A model generated the notes under the pieces. The model was not told the origin of the DNA and searched no databases. It saw nothing but the letters and a program-made list of their open reading frames with translations. A DNA stretch of 64,000 nucleotides from an uncultured Chitinophagaceae bacterium (GTDB lineage: Bacteria; Bacteroidota; Bacteroidia; Chitinophagales; Chitinophagaceae), in contig CAVPNF010000013.1 of assembly GCA_963706775.1 (NCBI GenBank), positions 7,235 through 71,234 on the forward strand, given 5' to 3'. Positions 51,477 through 59,170 of the stretch are shown here, piece by piece (positions within the stretch are counted from its first letter, which is position 1; the number at the start of each line of letters is the position of its first letter). Made by a program: the position numbers and the translations under genes.

Positions 51477-52742
51477 TTAATTCAGCCATGCTACGGCAGC
51501 CGTCATCATCGCCTGCAAACCCGTTTTTAATGTGGGGTTTATTACCGGGGCAAATTTAGGTGAGTGATTACTGGGAATCGAATTGAGCTGATTATTTTTT
51601 ATTGCGTCTAAATAGGTTTTTGGATCTGTGCCGCCAACAAACCAAAAAACGTAAGGCACTTTCCAGCTTCTTCCAAAAATGCTAAAATCCTCACTGGCTG
51701 AAGCAGGGCCGGTTTCATGCGCTTTATCGCCAAACTGCGCATGAAATGCCGCGGCAACTTTTGCAGTTGCGTCGGCATCGTTTTCGGTTAACGGATAGGA
51801 ATCCAGGTCTGTGTACTCCGGCTCTTTAGGAGCATTGGATGCGGCGGCTTCCGCCGAACATATGCGTTTAATCGCCGACAGGATATGATCTTTTACGCCA
51901 TCATTAAAGGTGCGGACATTTAGTTTTAGCGTGGCGTCTTCCGGAATAATATTTTCTTTTGTGCCGGCTTGCAAGGAACCTATAGTCAAGACAGCAGTTT
52001 CTGTCGGCGCCACTTCACGGGAAACAATCGTTTGCAGCCGCATGGCAGTTGCCGCTGCCATGATAACCGGATCAATAGAGGTCTGAGGATAAGATCCATG
52101 CGCTCCTTTACCAAAAAGCTGCACTTTAATGCTGTTGCCGGCAGAAAGTATAGCGCCACTCCGATAGCCAACTGTACCCGATTCACCCACCATCACATGC
52201 TGCCCTAAAATGATATCCGGTTTGGGAAAGCGATCCATCATACCGGCGTCTATCATGCTTTGGGCGCCACGGCCCACTTCTTCGCCCGGTTGAAAAACGG
52301 CCATTACTGTTCCCTTCCATTGGTCTTTGTGTTCTGAAAATAATCTTGCGGCGCCCATCAACCAGGTTACATGGATGTCATGCCCGCAAACATGCGACAC
52401 GCCTACCTCTTTCCCTTCATCATCCCTGTCTACTTTCGTACTGGCATAAGGCAATCCTGTTTTCTCGGTAACGGGAAGCGCATCCATATCTGCGCGAAGC
52501 ATCACCACAGGGCCATCACCATTTTTCATGAGGCCCACAACACCGGTGGGGCCCACTTTCGTTGTAACCTCGTATTGGTATTTGGTTAAATAATCCGCGG
52601 CAATTTTTGAAGTCCTCTCTTCATGCATAGATAATTCCGGGTTGCGGTGAATGTCTTTATAGATTTCTTCCAATTCGGGTAGCAGCTTATCAATAAAGCT
52701 GTCCATATTCTTCATGAATGATTTGATTTGAGTGGTGTCCAT
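51477..52742 (-). CDS. M20 family amidohydrolase
   Basis: PELS..E..T, LRADMDALP, H.CGHD.H, FQPGEE, G.GAHG and SEDF motifs. Confidence 0.92.
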   Translation of the reverse strand: MDTTQIKSFMKNMDSFIDKLLPELEEIYKDIHRNPELSMHEERTSKIAADYLTKYQYEVTTKVGPTGVVGLMKNGDGPVVMLRADMDALPVTEKTGLPYASTKVDRDDEGKEVGVSHVCGHDIHVTWLMGAARLFSEHKDQWKGTVMAVFQPGEEVGRGAQSMIDAGMMDRFPKPDIILGQHVMVGESGTVGYRSGAILSAGNSIKVQLFGKGAHGSYPQTSIDPVIMAAATAMRLQTIVSREVAPTETAVLTIGSLQAGTKENIIPEDATLKLNVRTFNDGVKDHILSAIKRICSAEAAASNAPKEPEYTDLDSYPLTENDADATAKVAAAFHAQFGDKAHETGPASASEDFSIFGRSWKVPYVFWFVGGTDPKTYLDAIKNNQLNSIPSNHSPKFAPVINPTLKTGLQAMMTAAVAWLN

Positions 52743-52770
52743 TGTCTTGTATTAATTTAGATGAAGATTA

Positions 52771-54252
52771 TTATTTCGAATTATTTGTTGTCGCCTTAGA
52801 AGGTGATTTCGGAACAGTTATCACTATTGCTATTATAGCGACAACAACCATAAAAACGTTAAAAAGCAATGCCAAGCCTGCTGCATACCGAACCTCTATA
52901 TTATCAGTTCTTCCCATGAAAACATCCGCCATCGGCGGCGTTCCTTTCAACTTTGCAAGCCCGTAAAAAATAGCTGCGGAAATGGCAACTCCCAATGCAG
53001 CCCCAAGGGAAGATGCCATCTTATATATTCCGGATGCGGACCCTGCCTTATCGCCGGGTACATTACTAACTGCTGCGTCCGTTGAGGGTGTTGCATAAAA
53101 TCCAAGTCCTACGCCAAACAATGTGAATCCGATGAATGCAACAATGATATATTCTTTAGCCAAAAGAAAAGTAAAGCTGGTGAGAAGAATTCCTATTCCC
53201 GTTATAAAACAACCCAGCAGCATCGGCTTTCTTGGTCCCATTTTTTGAAGTAACTTTTCTCCTACCCGGATGGTGCTGAGGATGGCTACTAAATAACCAA
53301 TTGTTATTAACCCTGACTGCAAGGAAGATAAGCCAGCCTCTTCCTGCACAAGTGCCAGCGAAACAAGCAATGTTCCGGCAGCGCCGTTGAGCAAAAAGTT
53401 GGATAAGGTAGCTCCAGAAAAAGTTTTATTTTTAAAAAGAGATAAATCAACGAAACTATTTTCGCGCCTGGCTTCTATCCGGAAGAATGCAATAGCTGAT
53501 ATGATAAAAATGGCCCAACCAATTAGTATAGCAGGGCTTAACCAACCAAGTGCGGAACCCTGGCCAATTACAATATTTAATGACAGCAAGGCGATAATAA
53601 AAGAGATGAGTCCGGCCCAATCAAATGATTTTTCCGAGGTAGCAGTGGATTTGCTTTCGGGTGTTCCCCGGATTAATAAATAGCTCACAACAGAGACAAG
53701 AATACATAAAATAAAAATCCAGCGCCATCCGATGGAGGAAGCAATTAAGCCACCGAAAAGTGCGCTAAAGCCGGAACCGCCCCAGGAGCCAATGGACCAA
53801 AAGCTAATGGCACGCTGCCGGGCTTTGCCCTCATAATAAGCTTGCATTAAAGCCAGCGTAGCCGGCATAATACAAGCTGCTGAAAGCCCCTGCAAAATGC
53901 GTCCGGCTAAAAGAAATACAGCAGTACCCGACGGAGATATAGCAATGAGCAATGAGCCAACGACATTAAACAGCAAACCAATGTAAGTAATTTTGACCCT
54001 CCCCAGTTTATCGGCCAATCCGCCGGCCACCACGATAAAAAGGCCGGAAAATAAAGCAGTAATCGTAACAGCTATATTGTTCAGACTATGGCTGATTTTT
54101 AAATCTGAACCCATTACAGGCGCGATGTTCAAAGTTGTTTGAGCAAAAAGCCAAAAGGTTATGACGGCTAAAACAATGCCTAGAATAAGTTTATCTGTTC
54201 CCTGATAATGGGCAGGATTAGCCATTGTTTTACCGGGAGATAGCGTGTCCAT
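52771..54252 (-). CDS. MFS DHA2-type transporter (NorB/NorC-like)
   Basis: 14 TM helices, KLILGIVLAVITFWLFAQ, GGLADKLGR and GRILQGLSAACIMP. Start set at MDTLSPG. Confidence 0.87.
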   Translation of the reverse strand: MDTLSPGKTMANPAHYQGTDKLILGIVLAVITFWLFAQTTLNIAPVMGSDLKISHSLNNIAVTITALFSGLFIVVAGGLADKLGRVKITYIGLLFNVVGSLLIAISPSGTAVFLLAGRILQGLSAACIMPATLALMQAYYEGKARQRAISFWSIGSWGGSGFSALFGGLIASSIGWRWIFILCILVSVVSYLLIRGTPESKSTATSEKSFDWAGLISFIIALLSLNIVIGQGSALGWLSPAILIGWAIFIISAIAFFRIEARRENSFVDLSLFKNKTFSGATLSNFLLNGAAGTLLVSLALVQEEAGLSSLQSGLITIGYLVAILSTIRVGEKLLQKMGPRKPMLLGCFITGIGILLTSFTFLLAKEYIIVAFIGFTLFGVGLGFYATPSTDAAVSNVPGDKAGSASGIYKMASSLGAALGVAISAAIFYGLAKLKGTPPMADVFMGRTDNIEVRYAAGLALLFNVFMVVVAIIAIVITVPKSPSKATTNNSK

Positions 54253-54547
54253 ATTATTTATTTTCAGACAGATCCGCAAGAGTGTTTAATTAATAAAACG
54301 CATTGCCTTTTTAGTCAGGCTTGTTTCGCGGATCGTAATAAATATTACTAAATAAAATTGCGCCTAAATAGACAATTCTTAATCTGACCTGTAAGAGTGT
54401 GCCTGTGACAAGGCTTCTACTCATGCGCTATTGAAGATATGAATTAGTGATGATTAATCGGGCGCCAAGTGAGGTGGCGGGAAAAAATGACTTTGAGGTG
54501 ATGATGAAGAGGGAATGGCGCATTAATTCGGCTGCGCCGGGTTCGAA

Positions 54548-54907
54548 TTAACGTAAAATCTTATCCATTTTTTTGCCTTTTGCTAGTTCATCCACCAGCT
54601 TGTCTAAGTATCGAACTTTTTGGGTCAAAGGATTTTCGATTTCCTCCACCCGATAACCACATATTAAACCTTTGATGAGATGTGAATTTGGATTTAAGGT
54701 TGCGTTTTGAAAGAATGTTTCAAAATTTACTTTACTATCAATTTGGTTTTGAATCTTGGCTTCGCTGAAACCAGTAAGCCACTGAATTACCTGGTGCAAT
54801 TCATCTTTTGTACGACCCTTCCTTTCAACTTTTGTGAGATAAAGGGGATATACCGAAGCAAAAGTCATTTTTGCCATACGCTCGTCGTGCTGCTTTGTGG
54901 TATTCAT
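54548..54907 (-). CDS. DUF2200 family protein
   Basis: FASVYPLYL.KVERKGRTK.EL..VI.WLTG and ICGYRVEEIE..L...RYLDKLVDELAKG. Confidence 0.9.
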   Translation of the reverse strand: MNTTKQHDERMAKMTFASVYPLYLTKVERKGRTKDELHQVIQWLTGFSEAKIQNQIDSKVNFETFFQNATLNPNSHLIKGLICGYRVEEIENPLTQKVRYLDKLVDELAKGKKMDKILR

Positions 54908-54979
54908 ATTTTTAATAGTTAATGTTCATCCAGCTTTTATAAGCAAACTGCATTTGTTGGATTGTCGTCGTAATAATTC

Positions 54980-55459
54980 CTATGCCAATTTGTAAATAAA
55001 CTCTTCTATCTCTGCTTGTCGTGCGTTCGCAAAACCTTTGTCCGTACCGATTTTCACAAAGCCACATTTTTCTAAAACTTTCTGCGATCCCAAATTATCA
55101 AACGCAACCCGTCCGAAAATGGGCCTTGTGTTTTCAATGGTCAAAAACTTTTTGAGTGCTTTTGTTGCAATTCCTTTTCCCCAAAACTTTTTATCTATCC
55201 AATAAGTAATTTCAGTATCGCCTTCCATTTCAAATTTTGCAATACTACCAGCAATAGTTTTATCAATAGAAATTGTCTGCATGTTTATGGTCGGTTCATT
55301 CAGAAATTTTGTATATTTTTCAAGATAGGCTTCTTTGTCGGCATGGTCTTTTGAAGTAAATGCAGCTAAATAATTCGCCTCTTTGTCAAGCTGGAATTGA
55401 AAGAAAAGTTCTAAATCGGGTTTTTCCGTTTTCCTTAGATTTAACGGTGTCTGCTGCAT
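54980..55459 (-). CDS. GNAT/RimJ-like acetyltransferase
   Basis: EITYWID..FWGKGIAT.AL and DN.GS..VLEKCGF motifs. Confidence 0.88.
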   Translation of the reverse strand: MQQTPLNLRKTEKPDLELFFQFQLDKEANYLAAFTSKDHADKEAYLEKYTKFLNEPTINMQTISIDKTIAGSIAKFEMEGDTEITYWIDKKFWGKGIATKALKKFLTIENTRPIFGRVAFDNLGSQKVLEKCGFVKIGTDKGFANARQAEIEEFIYKLA

Positions 55460-55709
55460 TCTGAAAATTTGTTTACTCGTCTATAATTGCTGATACAATG
55501 GCCGCTAATGCGGATTATCAATCCAAGCTAATATTTTTATTCAATTTATCCAAAATCCCTGAAATATTTAATGGATGTTTTTCGTCATGTAACTAACAAA
55601 CCATTTAAATATTTTATTTCATAGCGCGTTGCCCAATTCCAGCAACTATCGCTCTTTAAGGGCTTTAAAATAATAAACTATTAACCCATCTTGAAAGCGT
55701 CTTCAAACA

Positions 55710-56360
55710 TTATAAAGTTTTCCCCAATTTCCTTTTATTTATAGCAGGCGTATAATCTTTAAAAGACAGAACTATCCAGAGAATCCATAAAGAACAATTC
55801 ATTAAAATGGCCACGACAGGAAGCCAAAAAGCAACAAGGGTGCTGGTGCAGTAAAAGAGCAATCCGTACTTTGTCGCTTGCAGAGACGCCGAAATTTTGT
55901 TGAAATCCAGATTAGACATTATGAGGCGTTTGGGATGCAGCAGCGTGTAAGTACAAATAATAAATGCAAGATTATTAAGGACGCTGCCAAAACAAAAAAT
56001 AATTACGGCGGGCTTCCGGTAATCTGTACTAATATATTCTGCAAGTAAGGCGGTAATAAAAGGTATGATAGTTACTGTGAGTAATAAAAAGCCATTTGCA
56101 TACATAAACCGCACAGAAGATTTACTGACCATGTTAAAGATCTTGTGATGGTTAAGCCACATAATAAGAATGGTGCCGAAGCTATAGACAAAAGCAAAGT
56201 AAGAGGGCCACAAATGAAACAGACCGTTCCAAAGATCATTGACCGAATGGACCGCATCACCCGGCGGAACTTTTATTTCGAGTATCAACAAGGTGATCGC
56301 TATTGCAAATACCCCATCACTGAAAGTTTCTAAACGGGCAGTTTCTTTTAAATGCTCCAT
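55710..56360 (-). CDS. TMEM175-family potassium channel
   Basis: RLETFSDGVFAIAITLLILEI signature, SF......W..HH and six TM helices. Confidence 0.9.
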   Translation of the reverse strand: MEHLKETARLETFSDGVFAIAITLLILEIKVPPGDAVHSVNDLWNGLFHLWPSYFAFVYSFGTILIMWLNHHKIFNMVSKSSVRFMYANGFLLLTVTIIPFITALLAEYISTDYRKPAVIIFCFGSVLNNLAFIICTYTLLHPKRLIMSNLDFNKISASLQATKYGLLFYCTSTLVAFWLPVVAILMNCSLWILWIVLSFKDYTPAINKRKLGKTL

Positions 56361-56538
56361 AACATTTTTTTACCTTCAGTTTTCGATAAATAAAAATAAA
56401 TGTTTATCCAGGTAAATGCAAACGGAATTCCGGAGCCTGAAATATTGAAGAAGGCTTTATGTCCGGCTATTTTAATATTAAACGCCTAATCAAATAAGTG
56501 CTGCTTTCCCAAGTTTGCAAAATGAATAGGCGACCCTT

Positions 56539-57114
56539 CTATCGCATCGTTTTTAAAAGCCGTTTGGCATTATCAGATGCACAAATTAAACCGGCGGCCA
56601 ACATGATTATGTCTTTTATTACCAATCGGCCTGCTCCTGATAAATAGGGAAATCCATATTGCGGAGTAGGAAAATCGCCGCCCAAATTCGGCACGTACAC
56701 TTCCGGAGTAGTTATTAAAAAACTCAGTGTCACTATCGACATTCCAAAGGTTAGTAACCCTCCTATCATTCCAATTTTTGGAAGCCAAATTCCAAGTAGT
56801 GTCAGCACGCCAATAATAATTATTACCGTCCCTAACCCATAAGAAAAACGGTACGTTCCATTTTCTTTATTCCAGTCAAGGTTCTTTTGAACTGTTTTAC
56901 CCTCCGGGTTTTTATACTGATTATATTCCGGTGCTTTTTTATTGTAGAAAAACGACATTAAAGGGCTGTTTGCCACAAATGGAACGATGCCATCAGCCTC
57001 ATACTGGAATGCTTTTAAACCGCCTATCCAGGCCATTACAATAAATATTGAAATTCTAAGAAGATTGATAAAAGCTGATTGGCTGCCAGATAGAAAGAAA
57101 GCTAACTTTTTCAT
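56539..57114 (-). CDS. DUF417/YkgB (RclC-like) membrane protein
   Basis: WIGGLK...YEADGIVPFVANSP, TLSFLITTPE and GRLVIKD motifs. Start set at MKKLAFF. Confidence 0.88.
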   Translation of the reverse strand: MKKLAFFLSGSQSAFINLLRISIFIVMAWIGGLKAFQYEADGIVPFVANSPLMSFFYNKKAPEYNQYKNPEGKTVQKNLDWNKENGTYRFSYGLGTVIIIIGVLTLLGIWLPKIGMIGGLLTFGMSIVTLSFLITTPEVYVPNLGGDFPTPQYGFPYLSGAGRLVIKDIIMLAAGLICASDNAKRLLKTMR

Positions 57115-57217
57115 GGTATTGTGATTAATATTGTTCGGGATTACAAGTAAAATGGCCATCAATGTACTAATTATTTCTCTTCTCCTAATTTTCTATCTTT
57201 ATGCAAAATAAAGCATC

Positions 57218-57508
57218 ATGCAATTCGAAACTTTTAAGCAAAACATAAATAATGGCATGGTGCCGAAAGATGTTTCGGTTTACCTGCTGGCTTTATGGTA
57301 TGATGCCCGCGGCAATTGGGATCAGGCACATCAGCTGGTAGACAGCCTTGAAGACGAGTCTGCCTGCTGGGTACATGCTTATCTGCACCGGAAAGAAGGC
57401 GATATCGCAAACGCTGATTACTGGTATCGCAAAGCACACAAGAAAAGACCTTCTGTCAGCCTGACAGAAGAGTGGGAAGCAATTGTAAAAGCATTGTTGG
57501 CAAATTAA
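57218..57508 (+). CDS. Conserved hypothetical protein
   Basis: LW.D..G.WD.AH and WVHAYLHRKEGD..NA.YWY conserved pattern. Confidence 0.82.
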   Translation: MQFETFKQNINNGMVPKDVSVYLLALWYDARGNWDQAHQLVDSLEDESACWVHAYLHRKEGDIANADYWYRKAHKKRPSVSLTEEWEAIVKALLAN

Positions 57509-58046
57509 AAATTTAGAGATTTTGTTTTTTTTATCATAACCGGGAAATTCCTTGACTGTACCGTTCCGCCGCGAATTTTGGGTGAATAAAATTTTTCATT
57601 CAATAAAAATTCTTCGGTGTTAAATCTTCAGCTTACTGTTTACTAAATTCGCCATCTTCTTTTATCGTACTCCATTACTGATCTCGTTAAAGCAATACAT
57701 TTCCGATTTTAAAGTCGGCACGGTTCAAGTTCCGTGATTGCTTCTTCAATGAAGCTTCATAAAAGCCTGTGACCATAGGCCATGAAAGAACGCGGGTCAT
57801 GACTGCCACCAGGCTACATCGTAACCCAATATTTAATTATGTTTAGAACTAAAAACAGGAACAGCCGCCAGCAGACTCACAGTTTTTCAAGTGCCTTTTC
57901 GTGTTTCCCAAAGAGCCATTTTCTGATAAATGGTATCGCGGCAATCGCTAAAGAAATCATCAAAAAAATAAGTCTGTAAAAAAAATAATTAAATTGATTG
58001 GTAGTATTGAAATTTTATTATCTTCGCGCTCCCAAATAAGGGATTT

Positions 58047-58120
58047 GGATCGGTAGTTCAGTTGGTTAGAATGCCGCCCTGTCACGGCGGAGGTCGCGGG
58101 TTCGAGTCCCGTCCGGTCCG
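58047..58120 (+). tRNA. tRNA-Asp(GTC)
   Basis: GGATCGG/CCGGTCC acceptor stem, AGTTGGTTAGA D-loop, CTGTCAC anticodon loop, GGTTCGAGTCC T-arm. CCA is not encoded. TATCTTCG promoter-like element at 58019. Confidence 0.96.
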
Positions 58121-58132
58121 CACTAGTAAATT

Positions 58133-58165
58133 AGAAACCCGCTACAGTAGCGGGTTTCTTTTTTT
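58133..58165 (+). terminator. Terminator after tRNA-Asp
   Basis: 12-bp stem AGAAACCCGCTA / TAGCGGGTTTCT plus T-run. Confidence 0.85.
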
Positions 58166-58379
58166 AGTCGAAGTTTTAGTCGAACTGCTTATACTTTTTT
58201 AAAAATTTCTTACCCAACTTTATAAAGAGCAACTTATCCTCACAAAAACACTTATTTCACTTCTCTGATACTAAATTTTATAGCCGTAAATTGTCCACAG
58301 TTGCCGCCTCAAGTCCTTAACATGGCTTGTACAGTAAAAGGAGAAAGAATGGCGTTTTGAATTTTCCTTGATGTCAATT

Positions 58380-58900
58380 TGGACTGGATAGTTACTACTT
58401 TAACTTTTTTTCCTTCTACCAATGCTTCTACGCCTTTGCCTGTTATGCATTAAAATTTTCTGTTGTGGGGACAGTCAACTTTAAATCCTTTACTTTCTGT
58501 ATGATACCGGTGCGATAGGATGCTCGAATTTTGTTCCAGAGCGGATGCAATGCGTATCAATTCATTTTCTGATAAGTCATTTTGTAGAAAAACTAATTTT
58601 GAAAACAGCCAAAAATAATCACATTCGTTTTTGATAAAACAGGAACATTAACCATTGGAAAATTTGAAGTTTGGGTACTGCCAACCCTAAAGCATGCGAC
58701 AACAAATTACCATTACAGTAACCATTCGTTCCACAGCAAATGGGAAAGTTTTTCCATCCACATACCAATAAATAAAAGTAGCTACTCCTGCGGGAATAGC
58801 AATGCCAGTAAGCTATTGCGCTGCTTCGTCGGCCAATAATTGTGTATTGGATTTTGCATACTGCGCGTCCTTTACCAATTTAACTCCCTCGGATAAATAA
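58380..58900 (-). pseudogene. Degraded CopB-like P1B heavy-metal ATPase with an internally inverted segment
   Basis: Minus strand: YLSEGVKLVKDAQ, AVERMVTVMVIC.HALGLAVP, LSENELIRIASALEQNS(EHPIA), TGKGVEALVEGKKVKVV. Plus strand 58630-58671: FDKTGTLTIGKFEV. Confidence 0.78.
58569..58592 (-). repeat. Dispersed 26-bp motif copy 15 (at the inversion junction)
   Basis: Minus strand reads TTTT TCTACA AAATGACTTAT CAG. Confidence 0.55.
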
Positions 58901-59170
58901 AAGTTTTTTTCGCTATGCAAAACTTTTCTTAATGGTCCATTTCCATTTTAAGAATTGATCATTTTTTCTTGCACCTTTTCGCGCTCAACATTACCGCGTT
59001 CGCATAAAGTGTATAGTTTGGACTATTACCATCCATCCTTTAAAATTTTCCATTGATTTTGCCTTTTCAATAAAATAATCCGGCAATCCTCGCAACAATC
59101 TGCCTGTGCAAAACTGCGGCACCTTTCGGGTAAAGCATGATTATTTCATACTATGTATTGCTTATAGGAT

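Noticed and set aside
57540-57970. Coding-like fragments upstream of tRNA-Asp (for example MISLAIAAIPFIRKWLFGKHEKALEKL* on the minus strand)
   Set aside because: Short and interrupted, and I cannot assign them to a family without a database search.
26-59168. Weaker motif-like matches at 26-49(-), 38853-38875(+), 58265-58284(-) and 59150-59168(+), and half-matches at 12027, 14845 and 20620
   Set aside because: Too many mismatches or an indel in AT-rich DNA. Not counted without a PWM score.
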